A stretch of 64,000 bases of DNA, taken from positions 1,024,001-1,088,000 of the forward strand of contig CAWGLD010000001.1 of NCBI GenBank assembly GCA_963823335.1, in the 5' to 3' direction. This DNA comes from an uncultured delta proteobacterium. GTDB lineage: Bacteria > Desulfobacterota > Desulfobacteria > Desulfobacterales > B30-G6. Under the pieces are notes generated by a model. The model had not been told where the DNA came from and did no database searches. It worked only from the letters and a program-made list of their open reading frames with translations. This document shows, in pieces, positions 47,959-57,895 of this stretch; positions within the stretch are counted from its first letter, which is position 1; every line of letters starts with the position of its first letter. A program made the position numbers and the translations under genes.

Positions 47959-50319
47959 ATGAATGAGCGCATTGAAAAACTTCGTGAAGAGAGTTTTCGT
48001 GCTGAACCCTGTATCTCCATTGAACGGGCATTGCTGGAAACGGCTTTTTATAAGCAAAACCTTGGTATGTATTCCATACCGGTCATGCGGGCTTTGGTCT
48101 TTAAACACCTATGCGAAAAGAAAACAGTGTATATCGGAGAAGGCGAACTCATCGTGGGCGAGCGTGGTCCTTTCCCCAAAGCCGTCTCCACCTTTCCGGA
48201 GCTGACCTGCCACACGGCGGAAGACCTCATGACCTTGAATGAACGGAAAATGACGCGCTTTTCCATATCAGAAAACGACATTCTTATATATGAACGGGAG
48301 GTCATTCCCTACTGGCGCGGAAAGAGTATGCGTGATCGCGTCTTCAACCAGGTACCAAAAGAATGGCAAGACGCGTATCGATCGGGTCTCTTTACCGAAT
48401 TCATGGAACAACGTGCCCCGGGCCATACAAGCCTCGATGGCATCATATACGAAAAGGGAATGCTCGATTTTAAGAAAGATATCCACCAGACACTTGTCGA
48501 ACTCGACTATCTCAACGATCCGGAGGCCACCGAAAAGGCCGAAGAATTGAAAGCCATGGATATTTCCTGTGATGCCGCCATTGTTTTTGCTGAAAGACAT
48601 GCATCCCTGGCAGATACCATGGCGGTCTCCGAAGCGGATCCTAAGAGAAAAGCAGAGCTGCAGCAGATTGCCAGGGTTTGCAGGCGGGTACCTGCACATG
48701 CGCCGCAAGATTTCTGGGAGGCGATCCAGATGTACTGGTTTGTTCACCTGGGTACGATAACCGAGTTGAATGGTTGGGATGCCATGAGCCCGGGTCACCT
48801 CGACCAGCACCTGTATCCTTTTTATCTGAGGGGACTGGACAAAAAAACATTGGATCGCGATACGGCAAAGGAACTTCTCAGTTGTCTCTGGATCAAGATC
48901 AACAACCATCCCGCTCCTCCCAAAGTAGGTGTTACCGCCAAAGAGAGTGGTACCTATAACGATTTTACCAACATCAATCTGGGCGGTCTCCTGCGAGACG
49001 GCAGTGATGGCGTCAACGAGGTCTCATACATTATACTGGAAGTGATCGAAGAGCTTCATTTACTTCAGCCCCAGAGCAATGTGCAGATCAGTGAAAAAAC
49101 ACCGGATCGGTTTCTCCAGAAAACCGGTCGAGTTATCCGCAAGGGTTTTGGATACCCATCGGTTTTTAATGCCGATGCGGTGGTGATGGAGCAGATGAGA
49201 GTCGGCAAAAGTATCGAGGATGCCAGGGAGGGCGGGTGTAGTGGATGTATCGAAACCGGTGCGTTTGGAAAAGAAGCCTATATCTTGACCGGTTATCTGA
49301 ATATTCCGAAGCTCCTTGAACTGGCCTTGCACAATGGCGTGGATCCGCTTACGGGGAAGTCCGTCGGTGTAGAGACCGGTGACCCGGTCACGTTTGAGAC
49401 GTTCGATGACCTGTATGAAGCTTTTGAGCGTCAGCTTTGTTACATTGTGGACCTGAAAATCCGGGTCAACAACTACATCGAACGCATGTTTGCAGTAAAT
49501 GCCCCGGCCCCGTTCTTGTCGGTGGTCATCAGGGACTGCATTAAAAATGGAAAAGATTATTACAACGGCGGACCCCGGTACAACACCAATTATATCCAGT
49601 GCTGTGGTATCGGCACTGTTACGGACAGCCTTTCGGCAATCAAAAAGCACGTTTTTGAAGAGAAAACACTTACCCTGGATGCATTGCTCGATGCACTGAA
49701 GCTCAATTTCAGGGATCAGGAAGCGCTCAGGCTGCGCCTGGTGAACAAAACACCTTTTTTCGGCAACGATGATGACCGCGCAGATACCATCATGCAGCGG
49801 GTATACGAGTCTCTTTTCAACGCCATTGACGGGAAACCCAACACCAAGGGAAGTTCATATCATCTGAACATGCTTTCCACCACGTGCCATATCTACTTTG
49901 GCAAGATGCTCGGCGCTACACCCAATGGCAGATTTGCTGAAAAACCCATTTCCGACGGCACGTCACCGTCCCACGGCGCAGACCGCCATGGGCCCACTGC
50001 GGTTATTAAATCACTTTCCAAAATGGATCAGATCAAATCCGGAGGAACTCTTCTGAACCAGCGGTTTTTACCCAGCGCGCTGGAAAAAGATGAAGATATT
50101 GTCAAACTCTGGCACCTTATTCGTACATATTTCAAGCTCAAGGGGCACCATATCCAGTTCAATATTGTTGGAACGGAAACCCTTAAAAAAGCCCAGGCAG
50201 CACCGGAGGACTACAGAGATCTACTGGTGCGAGTCGCCGGCTACAGCGACTATTTTGTTGATCTGGATGAATTTCATCAGGAAGAAATTATTGCACGGAC
50301 GGAAAACGAGGTACTTTAG
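47959..50319 (+). CDS. hypD: Glycyl radical enzyme, trans-4-hydroxy-L-proline dehydratase HypD-like
   Basis: FTEFMEQRAPGHT, WDAMSPG, PAPPKVG.T.KES.TY.DF, SGCIETG, LTGY, TTCHIYFG and RVAGYS match the HypD signature as I recall it. Confidence 0.85.
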   Translation: MNERIEKLREESFRAEPCISIERALLETAFYKQNLGMYSIPVMRALVFKHLCEKKTVYIGEGELIVGERGPFPKAVSTFPELTCHTAEDLMTLNERKMTRFSISENDILIYEREVIPYWRGKSMRDRVFNQVPKEWQDAYRSGLFTEFMEQRAPGHTSLDGIIYEKGMLDFKKDIHQTLVELDYLNDPEATEKAEELKAMDISCDAAIVFAERHASLADTMAVSEADPKRKAELQQIARVCRRVPAHAPQDFWEAIQMYWFVHLGTITELNGWDAMSPGHLDQHLYPFYLRGLDKKTLDRDTAKELLSCLWIKINNHPAPPKVGVTAKESGTYNDFTNINLGGLLRDGSDGVNEVSYIILEVIEELHLLQPQSNVQISEKTPDRFLQKTGRVIRKGFGYPSVFNADAVVMEQMRVGKSIEDAREGGCSGCIETGAFGKEAYILTGYLNIPKLLELALHNGVDPLTGKSVGVETGDPVTFETFDDLYEAFERQLCYIVDLKIRVNNYIERMFAVNAPAPFLSVVIRDCIKNGKDYYNGGPRYNTNYIQCCGIGTVTDSLSAIKKHVFEEKTLTLDALLDALKLNFRDQEALRLRLVNKTPFFGNDDDRADTIMQRVYESLFNAIDGKPNTKGSSYHLNMLSTTCHIYFGKMLGATPNGRFAEKPISDGTSPSHGADRHGPTAVIKSLSKMDQIKSGGTLLNQRFLPSALEKDEDIVKLWHLIRTYFKLKGHHIQFNIVGTETLKKAQAAPEDYRDLLVRVAGYSDYFVDLDEFHQEEIIARTENEVL

Positions 50320-50416
50320 TCCGGAAATATCACAAACTTGAACCGTAACAGCGAGCACTGACCGCGTAGGTTCTGCCTGTGCCAGAACCGATCAGGTTTG
50401 TGAAATTTCCGGGCTA
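50317..50416. repeat. 100-bp MITE/REP-like element with 21-bp terminal inverted repeats
   Basis: TAGTCCGGAAATATCACAAAC (50317-50337) versus GTTTGTGAAATTTCCGGGCTA (50396-50416): 19 of 21 positions complementary. Confidence 0.7.
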
Positions 50417-50437
50417 AACTGTTCGGATTCGGTTTTT

Positions 50438-51256
50438 CTACCCCAGGGCAACGTCGAGCGTCATCATCACGGCAAACCCCATCATTGCCCCAATGGTTGC
50501 CACATCCGTGTGTTTTTCAAGCTGAGATTCCGGGATTAATTCTTCTACAACAACATAAATCATTGCTCCGGCGGCAAACGAAAGCGCATAGGGTAAAATG
50601 GGTTTCATAAAGATAACCGCAACTGCGCCAAAGACGCCGGCTATAGGTTCTACGAGGCCGGACAGCTGACCGTACCAAAAACTTTTTAATCTTGAAAAGC
50701 CTTCTCTGCGAAGTGGTACTGAAACAGCAGTACCTTCGGGGAAATTCTGAATTCCAATTCCAACTGCTAATGCAATGGCACCGCCGAGCGAAGCGGAGGG
50801 TAGGTCCGCTGCCAATGCCCCAAAAGCGACACCGACGGCTAACCCTTCCGGTATATTATGAATGGTAATGGCCAACACCAGCAAAACACTTCTGCGCCAA
50901 CTGGTGCTGATTCCTTCTGCCTCCTCCTTTGGAAAGCCAGGGTGCAGGTGGGGTAATAGTTTGTCTATAATCCAAAGGAATGCACCACCCGCCAGAAAAC
51001 CAGATGTTGCTGGAACCCAGGAAGGCAAACTTGATTCTTCAGCCATTTCAATGGCCGGGGCAAGCAGGGACCAATATGAGGCCGCAATCATTACACCTGC
51101 GGCAAAGCCAAGCATTGCGTCTAACGCATTCCGTTTGATGGTTTTAAAGAAAAAGACCAAACCAGCACCCGCTGCGGTCATAAACCAGGTAAAAAGAGTT
51201 GCGATAAGCGCCTGATAAACAGGATGCAAGCCAGAAAAATATTCGAACATAATCAT
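50438..51256 (-). CDS. zupT: ZIP family metal transporter
   Basis: [23 protein letters not shown] and [15 protein letters not shown] motifs. Confidence 0.92.
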   Translation of the reverse strand: MIMFEYFSGLHPVYQALIATLFTWFMTAAGAGLVFFFKTIKRNALDAMLGFAAGVMIAASYWSLLAPAIEMAEESSLPSWVPATSGFLAGGAFLWIIDKLLPHLHPGFPKEEAEGISTSWRRSVLLVLAITIHNIPEGLAVGVAFGALAADLPSASLGGAIALAVGIGIQNFPEGTAVSVPLRREGFSRLKSFWYGQLSGLVEPIAGVFGAVAVIFMKPILPYALSFAAGAMIYVVVEELIPESQLEKHTDVATIGAMMGFAVMMTLDVALG

Positions 51257-51377
51257 TCACCTTGATAACGATTGCTGAAACAGATTGTAGGTACCCCACG
51301 GCCAGGATCCCTGATTCTTTCCGGCGTTGATTGCCGGCGGGCATCAATCTGCGGGGAATGGGCCCGCTATACCGGGG

Positions 51378-52175
51378 TCAATTCCCTTTAAACCGGGGGT
51401 CGCGTTTTTCAAGAAATGCCGTGATACCTTCCGTGAAGTCTTCGGTTTTTGATGAGAGTAAAAACTGATCCGCATCCATGTGCATAATGGCCTGATCCAG
51501 TGCCGAAACAATGGCGTTGACACTCCGTTTTACCATCTGAGCAGCTATGGGCGGTTTTGAAGCATATGTTTCGGCCATCTTCCTGGCGCTTACAAGAAGA
51601 TCTTCTGCGGTCACTACCTCATCCAGGAAGCCCCAGTTTAAGAGTGTGGCGGCATTTTCTTTTTTTGCCAAGATAACCATCTGCTTGGCTTTTGAAGGAC
51701 CGATCAGGTTGACGCACATGGGCAGGGCCACCCAACTCAGGTTCATACCCAGTCCGACTTCAGGATATCCAACAAGGCAGTCTTCAGCACCCACGCGAAA
51801 GTCGCAGGCTGCGGCAATACACGCCCCCCCGCCGGTAGCGGCACCATTGACAGCGGCAATGGTTATCTGATCCATATTGTATATGGCCTTGATCATACGG
51901 GGCCCAAGCTTTAAAAATCGCGACTTCATCAACATGGAATCTTCTTGAAAGCGTTGGATATATTCGATGTCGGTAAGGTCCAGACCTGCAGAGAAGCATC
52001 TTCCAGCGCCGGTAAAGATGACCACACGGGTCTCGACGTCTTCCCGGAAATCCTCTGCAGTCGCTATAATTTCATGCATGAGTTGAACATTCAATGCATT
52101 CAGCGAATCCGGGCGATTGAAGATGACGGTTGCCACATGACGATCTTTCTCGATGGTCAGGTGCTTGACGTTCAT
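51378..52175 (-). CDS. Enoyl-CoA hydratase/isomerase family
   Basis: FNRP..LNAL, FSAGLDL, AAVNGAATGGG, PEVGLG and AFLEKRDPRFKG motifs. Confidence 0.93.
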   Translation of the reverse strand: MNVKHLTIEKDRHVATVIFNRPDSLNALNVQLMHEIIATAEDFREDVETRVVIFTGAGRCFSAGLDLTDIEYIQRFQEDSMLMKSRFLKLGPRMIKAIYNMDQITIAAVNGAATGGGACIAAACDFRVGAEDCLVGYPEVGLGMNLSWVALPMCVNLIGPSKAKQMVILAKKENAATLLNWGFLDEVVTAEDLLVSARKMAETYASKPPIAAQMVKRSVNAIVSALDQAIMHMDADQFLLSSKTEDFTEGITAFLEKRDPRFKGN

Positions 52176-53365
52176 TTTACCTCGCCTGGTCGGTTTAGAC
52201 CGCTTTGATTCTTTTTGTTTGTAACAGATGCCAGCAATTGCATGACCTTTTCCCGATGGTAAACGGATGTTCCGAGCGCTGCCTGATTGGCCTTTGCCCT
52301 TTTGAGATACAGGTGCATCTCGTTCTCCATGGTAAAACCAGTGCCTCCCAGCACTTGAATACCCCTGGCGGCAACCTTGGTAAAAGCATCAGCACAGTAG
52401 GATTTTGACGAAGACGCTGCGATGGCGGCTTCCTTTTCGGTGCCATAATCCTGAGCCCAGGAGGCCCAATACAACATGCTTCGGGAACTTTCAGTCTCCG
52501 TAAACATCTGGGCGCACATGTGCTTGACCGCCTGGAACGATCCAATGGGCTGATCATACTGAACCCGCACCTTGGCGTAGTCGGAAGCGAGTTCCATGGC
52601 TTTCTGGGCACCGCCGACAGCTTCGGCGCACAACCCCACCTGTGCCCGCTGAAGGGCCTGAAGCAGCGGTTGCCAGCCCTTGTTCAGTTTGCCGAGTATC
52701 GATTCCTGGTTCAGCCGTACGCCTTTACATATTACCGCGCTCAGTTTTCGTGTCCCGTCCATGGTTGGCAAGGGCGATATGGTGATGCCTTTCTCCTTGG
52801 CGCTCAAGATAAAAAGAGAGATGCTGTCCGCTGGTTTGCCGGTTGTACCGGTACGGACAGGCATCACGATAAAATCGGCCAGGTGAGCATCGGGTACATA
52901 CAGTTTGGTGCCGTCGAGAATATAGTCATCCCCGCTCTTGATGCCGGACATGTGAATATAACCGGGGTCGGAGCCCCCGTCGGGTTCATGAAGAGCCAGG
53001 GTTGCCAGGTTTTTACCGTCGGCAATGGCGCGCAGGTATTGTTTTTTCTGGCCGTCTGTCCCAGCGGCCATGATCGTCTCGCCGGCCAGGATGACTGTTG
53101 AGAAAAATGGCCCGGGAACCACGGCCCGACCCATCTCTTCCAGCAGCAGGCTCATATCGATCTGCTCCATTCCCATACCCCCGTAGGTTTCCGGGACCCG
53201 CATGGCCATCCAATCCATTTCAGCCATTTTCTGCCAGAGGTCGTCGGTTATCCCCCGTTCATCTTTAAGCATCTCCTGGACATATTCCGGTGGACACTCT
53301 TTTTTTAAAAACCGCCGCGCTTCCTGTGCGATATTCTGCTGTGTTTTGCTGAGGGTGATATCCAT
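52172..53365 (-). CDS. Acyl-CoA dehydrogenase, probable non-catalytic subunit of a heteromeric ACAD
   Basis: EEMGRAVVPGPF, RVQYDQPIGSFQAVKH and QVLGGTGFTME motifs. Confidence 0.88.
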   Translation of the reverse strand: MDITLSKTQQNIAQEARRFLKKECPPEYVQEMLKDERGITDDLWQKMAEMDWMAMRVPETYGGMGMEQIDMSLLLEEMGRAVVPGPFFSTVILAGETIMAAGTDGQKKQYLRAIADGKNLATLALHEPDGGSDPGYIHMSGIKSGDDYILDGTKLYVPDAHLADFIVMPVRTGTTGKPADSISLFILSAKEKGITISPLPTMDGTRKLSAVICKGVRLNQESILGKLNKGWQPLLQALQRAQVGLCAEAVGGAQKAMELASDYAKVRVQYDQPIGSFQAVKHMCAQMFTETESSRSMLYWASWAQDYGTEKEAAIAASSSKSYCADAFTKVAARGIQVLGGTGFTMENEMHLYLKRAKANQAALGTSVYHREKVMQLLASVTNKKNQSGLNRPGEVK

Positions 53366-53433
53366 GGTAACCTAACTCCTTTGATGTATTCTATCTTTTG
53401 GGTTCTATCAATCAAATGCCTCGTCGAACTAAA

Positions 53434-54651
53434 TCAGGAAGTGCTTTTGTCTCGAGAAGCATCTTTAGGTAGTCCCAATACACGCTCGCCAATAATGTTG
53501 CGCTGAATTTCCGATGTCCCGGCTTCGATGGTATTTCCTTTTGACCTTAAAAACGCATACTGCCAGCTGCCGTTTTGAACTGACCAAGGGCCGCCGGTTA
53601 CCTGCCCGGCCGGGCCCTGCATGTCCATGGCAGCCTCGGTGATGCGTTGATTCGGCTCGCTCCATAAAAGCTTACCGATGGAGCCCTCCGGCCCCGGGAT
53701 TCCTGTTTTGATGTGACTGCTGAAATTTCGCAAGCCATGATATTTCAGGGCCATAATTTCTATGTAAGACTGGGCGATCTGTTGCCGGTACACGGGGTCT
53801 TCAATAACGGGCTTTCCCGAATTCTTGGTGGTTGCGGCCATGCGAATCAGTTTTTCAACATTTGTTTCATAGGCGGCGCTGATAACGACATCACCCATGG
53901 CACGCTCGAACATCAGTGTGGTGATGGCCATTTTCCACCCCTGCCCCTCTTCACCGATGAGACTGCTTACAGGCACCCGGACATTGTCAAAAAAGACTTC
54001 GTTAAATTCCGCTTCCCCGGTTATCTGTGTCATGGGCCTGGGATCGATACCTGGCAGGGACATGTCTACCAACAGATAGCTGAGTCCTTTGTGCTTTCGG
54101 GACTCCGGATCCGTGCGGACTACCAGAAGGCAGTAGTCTGCAAAGTGTGCCATGCTGGTCCAGACTTTCTGGCCGTTTACAATATAATCGTTCCCATCCC
54201 GTACAGCCATGGTTGAAACATTGGCTACATCGGAACCAGCGTCCGGCTCACTGAAACCCTGGCACCAAAGATGAGAGCCGTCGAGAATCTTTGGGATAAA
54301 TTTTTTCTTCTGATTCTCTGTTCCACAGAAATAGATGAGAGGAAGTGCCATGCCATGCGTGATGACGCCGGGCATGACCAGGGAGATACACCTTCGGCCC
54401 ATCTCCTGGGAGACAATCACCCCCTCCATGAGCGATCTACCCTGTCCGCCATAAGCTTTGTCGTAATGCATACCGGCATAACCTGCCTCGGACAGCTTTT
54501 TTTGAAAATCCCTGTAGGCGTCTCGGATCTTTTCGGGCTCCTTGAAGGTCGGTTGATTAAACGGATCCCAGCCACCCGGCAGGGTCTGATTTAGCCACTC
54601 CCGGAATTCCTGTCTGAAGGCCTCTTCGGCGGGTGTCAATCGAAAATCCAT
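53434..54651 (-). CDS. Acyl-CoA dehydrogenase, probable catalytic subunit of a heteromeric ACAD
   Basis: WCQGFSEPDAGSD, NGQKVWTS, FNEVFFDNV, TLMFER and TIEAGTSEIQRNIIGERVLGLP motifs. Confidence 0.92.
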   Translation of the reverse strand: MDFRLTPAEEAFRQEFREWLNQTLPGGWDPFNQPTFKEPEKIRDAYRDFQKKLSEAGYAGMHYDKAYGGQGRSLMEGVIVSQEMGRRCISLVMPGVITHGMALPLIYFCGTENQKKKFIPKILDGSHLWCQGFSEPDAGSDVANVSTMAVRDGNDYIVNGQKVWTSMAHFADYCLLVVRTDPESRKHKGLSYLLVDMSLPGIDPRPMTQITGEAEFNEVFFDNVRVPVSSLIGEEGQGWKMAITTLMFERAMGDVVISAAYETNVEKLIRMAATTKNSGKPVIEDPVYRQQIAQSYIEIMALKYHGLRNFSSHIKTGIPGPEGSIGKLLWSEPNQRITEAAMDMQGPAGQVTGGPWSVQNGSWQYAFLRSKGNTIEAGTSEIQRNIIGERVLGLPKDASRDKSTS

Positions 54652-54803
54652 AAAGTAGCTCCTTTGCTAAAGTGGGTCATCCCTTGGTTGGACAATTGTT
54701 TTTACTCATACCCGATTTATTTCTTTTGGTGCAATATGAAACTGAAGGACCCAACGACAAGCCACGGGGACTGCACTCGTTGTCTTGACGCTATGTTGTA
54801 ATA

Positions 54804-55748
54804 TCAGGGTTCCATGTGGCGGAGGGCTATCACTCGATCACCTCCCTGGCGTTTGGCCTCATACATGGCCACATCGGCCCGTTTAATAAAGGATTCGGTG
54901 GTTTCATTCTCTTCCAGCTGGGCCACACCGGCACTGAGTGTTACCGGCCTAAGATCCATGTCTTTATAGGTGATATCATATGGCCAATGTGCATTGAGAC
55001 TTGTCCTGATTTTTTCACCGGTTTGTTTTGCATTCTGTAATGAAGCTTCAGGCAGAAGAACGAAAAACTCGTCGCCGCCATATCGATATGCCGTATCAGA
55101 TTTTCGGACAATATCCAAAAGCAGTTTTCCAACGATTCGTAGAATGTTATCTCCTTCCAGGTGTCCCAACTGGTCGTTACAGTCCTTGAAATGATCCAGG
55201 TCAAAACAAATGAGGCTCAATGGGCGCTTGTACCTCATGGAACGTCCTATTTCTTTTGAAAGGGTAGAATAAAAATAGCGTTGATTGTAAAGACGGGTTA
55301 ACCCATCGGTTATGGAGAGTTGACGCAGCTTTTTTTCAACCTCTTTTTGGGGGCTCAAGTCATGAAAAAAGCCCACGCTGCCGATTTCTTCATTGTTATT
55401 GTAGATTAAGGCAGCGGAAAGACGTATGGGAACTTTCTTTCCGGCCTGTGTTTTAATCTCAATGCCATAGCCTTCTAGATATCCTTTGTCTCCGTACATG
55501 TCGGAATAGAGATGCCTTTTTATTTCTCTGGCAATCTCTGAAGAAGGATAAATCTCAATGATGTTTTTTTTGCCGATGGTTTTCCCGGCACTGTGACCGG
55601 TCAAAACTTCCGCGGCCCGGTTGAAAATGGTGATCAATCCGGAACGATTGATGGCAATAACGCCATCCGGACACAGAGCCACAAGGTTGACAAGAAATTC
55701 TTTTTCGTTTGATTGAATGTGTTGTAGGGAAACGATTTCCTCGCGCAT
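54804..55748 (-). CDS. PAS-GGDEF diguanylate cyclase
   Basis: PAS domain (FNRAAE.LTG), TDGLT.LYN, DLDHFK..ND..GH..GD, RKSD I-site and RYGGDEF. GGAGG RBS before 55748. Confidence 0.95.
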   Translation of the reverse strand: MREEIVSLQHIQSNEKEFLVNLVALCPDGVIAINRSGLITIFNRAAEVLTGHSAGKTIGKKNIIEIYPSSEIAREIKRHLYSDMYGDKGYLEGYGIEIKTQAGKKVPIRLSAALIYNNNEEIGSVGFFHDLSPQKEVEKKLRQLSITDGLTRLYNQRYFYSTLSKEIGRSMRYKRPLSLICFDLDHFKDCNDQLGHLEGDNILRIVGKLLLDIVRKSDTAYRYGGDEFFVLLPEASLQNAKQTGEKIRTSLNAHWPYDITYKDMDLRPVTLSAGVAQLEENETTESFIKRADVAMYEAKRQGGDRVIALRHMEP

Positions 55749-55775
55749 TCGACACCTCCATGTCAACAGATCAAA

Positions 55776-57005
55776 TCATTCAGAAAGATACTTATTCAGT
55801 TCTTCCTTGGGTATTCCCAGGCAGTAGAGCACATTTAGAAGCTGGTCATTGCTGAGCACGCCATCGGTCATGATACTCGGATTTTCAGGTTTCAACGCAA
55901 TAGAAAGGCCAACATTCTCAATGAAATGGGATGATTTAGAGCCATCTCCCACCGCAATGACCTGTTCCCTGCGGATGTTTTCATTCTGCATAATAAACTC
56001 GAGCAATTCTTCCTTGGTGTCGTTGGTAATAATGGGCTGCTCCAGGTTTCCAGTGAATACGCCGTTTTCGTCTATCTCAAGGGTATTTGAAAAAGCATAA
56101 TCCACGCCGGCGGTCTCAAAGATTCTTTTTATGAAAAAGTTGAATCCGGATGACAACAGGGCGATTTTAAAGCCCATGGATTTCAATATCTTGATAAGTT
56201 CAAAAGTTCCAGGATTCAACTGAAGGATATCAACATATTTTTTAAGATCATCGGCAGATAATCCTTTCAGTCTTTTGGCATTGTAAACCAGCGCTTCCAT
56301 CTGGCCGGCAATTATCTCTCCCGGCCTGGAAACATCGGTTTCCGGTCGCATTCTTCCATTGATTGTCTTAATAAATTTTTTGAGGGAAACCCGTTGTACC
56401 AGACTGGATTCAACATCAAATACGACCAGTTTCTTACTTCTTTGATAAATATTTCCACTTTGAATTACCACACTCTGATCTATTTCAGTACATAGTTTTT
56501 TCAGGTCGGATTTCATCTTCTTGATGCAGGCATCATGGGACATTTCAGGGGTGTCATTCATTGTGCTGGTATCGATGATCACCTCCATGGAAAAGAAAGC
56601 ACCCCGGGCGATCATTCGGCACTTTTCAATGGCAATTCGATAGCTGTGAAACAGGCTCGATACCTTGGCGATAATACCCGGTTGATCAACACCGATGATG
56701 GTTACAAGATGGCTTTCGTGTTGGGATGGCAAAAAGGATGTCTTGTCATCATAGCGGTCGAGAATGATTTTGATACCGGTCTTTTCCTGGATCGCTTTCA
56801 ACCTTGAAATGATATGCGCTATGGTGTGTTTTGATGACGAGAAATCAATCACAAGAAAAATAGAAAACAGACCTCGTCTGCAATTCTCTTCAACATCTAC
56901 GATGTTGCCGTCCATTTCGAATATGGTATTCGTAATTAACGCAAACAAGCCGGGCGTATAGGGTCCAACGGCAGATACGCTGATCAGTTTTTGTTTTGTT
57001 TTCAT
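55776..57005 (-). CDS. SerB-like ACT-ACT-HAD protein with degenerate active-site motifs
   Basis: Two ACT domains (GPYTPGL, GVDQPGII) then a HAD domain reading VFDVESSLV, LLSSGF, K and GDGSKS. Confidence 0.8.
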   Translation of the reverse strand: MKTKQKLISVSAVGPYTPGLFALITNTIFEMDGNIVDVEENCRRGLFSIFLVIDFSSSKHTIAHIISRLKAIQEKTGIKIILDRYDDKTSFLPSQHESHLVTIIGVDQPGIIAKVSSLFHSYRIAIEKCRMIARGAFFSMEVIIDTSTMNDTPEMSHDACIKKMKSDLKKLCTEIDQSVVIQSGNIYQRSKKLVVFDVESSLVQRVSLKKFIKTINGRMRPETDVSRPGEIIAGQMEALVYNAKRLKGLSADDLKKYVDILQLNPGTFELIKILKSMGFKIALLSSGFNFFIKRIFETAGVDYAFSNTLEIDENGVFTGNLEQPIITNDTKEELLEFIMQNENIRREQVIAVGDGSKSSHFIENVGLSIALKPENPSIMTDGVLSNDQLLNVLYCLGIPKEELNKYLSE

Positions 57006-57895
57006 TGAGAACCCTTTTGTTTTGAGCTGAAAAAAACGAACAGCTCTTCTTCATAGTAGCGGCCATCGATAATCTGACCAGGTCCGAACCGCCGCATCTG
57101 TTTTGCCTGCAAGAACCTTTCGAATCGTTGGTTGATTTCTTTCAGAGAAATGTTCTCATTAAGCCAATACCCTGGGAAATTGACATTAAGAGGTCTGGCA
57201 GGAATTACGTGACGGGTTGTTTTGGGTGCAAATATTTTTCTTTTCTTTGCGGAGGCGATGACGATTTTTTTGGTCAGTATAGGTGTCCAAACGACGGCTT
57301 GGTTGGCATTCAATTTCTGGCAAAACTGTTCTGTGTGAACCGCAGTGCAAGGAATATAGTCCAGGGATATCTGCATGGATATCAATTGTTGCTGAATTTG
57401 ATGCAGCAGATCGAATGTCGCCACCGCATCCCGCGATAAGCACTTCGGGAATTCTATAAAAATGCAGTCATCTGTCCGTTGAATGCCGCACGCATCCGTG
57501 TTGGCCTCCAGGGCCTCCATCAGTGATGATTTGTTTGGAACTGGATGGAGACGGCATCCTAATGATTCAAAGGTATTTCTAATGATATCGAAATTTGAAA
57601 TGTGCCCGAGCAGCCTGAACCAGCGTCGCAATTTTGTGTTGTCATTCAGGTAGTCTATTTTACAAACAGGAATATATCTTAAGTTCAAGGCATTGAAAAC
57701 ATAGGTCCGGTGGTTTCCATCCAGGACCACATGATTTTCATCGACAATGATCGGGTTTTGAAGATGTGCGAGGTTCTTAAACTCATAGGTAAGCTTAACG
57801 GCTTTTTGCGGAAGGATCCGTTCATGTTGCAACAGTGTTTTAACCGGCACAACTTCCAGTTCCAATCTTAATGTGTTTGTTTTGATACAATACAT
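57002..57895 (-). CDS. SerK/SbnI-like free serine kinase (ParB/Srx fold)
   Basis: LLQHE, NPIIV, VLDGNHR, IDY...W and FAPKTTRHVIP parallel the archaeal SerK motifs as I recall them (PHE, IVDGHHR, FSPKTTRHVLP). Confidence 0.78.
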   Translation of the reverse strand: MYCIKTNTLRLELEVVPVKTLLQHERILPQKAVKLTYEFKNLAHLQNPIIVDENHVVLDGNHRTYVFNALNLRYIPVCKIDYLNDNTKLRRWFRLLGHISNFDIIRNTFESLGCRLHPVPNKSSLMEALEANTDACGIQRTDDCIFIEFPKCLSRDAVATFDLLHQIQQQLISMQISLDYIPCTAVHTEQFCQKLNANQAVVWTPILTKKIVIASAKKRKIFAPKTTRHVIPARPLNVNFPGYWLNENISLKEINQRFERFLQAKQMRRFGPGQIIDGRYYEEELFVFFSSKQKGSQ

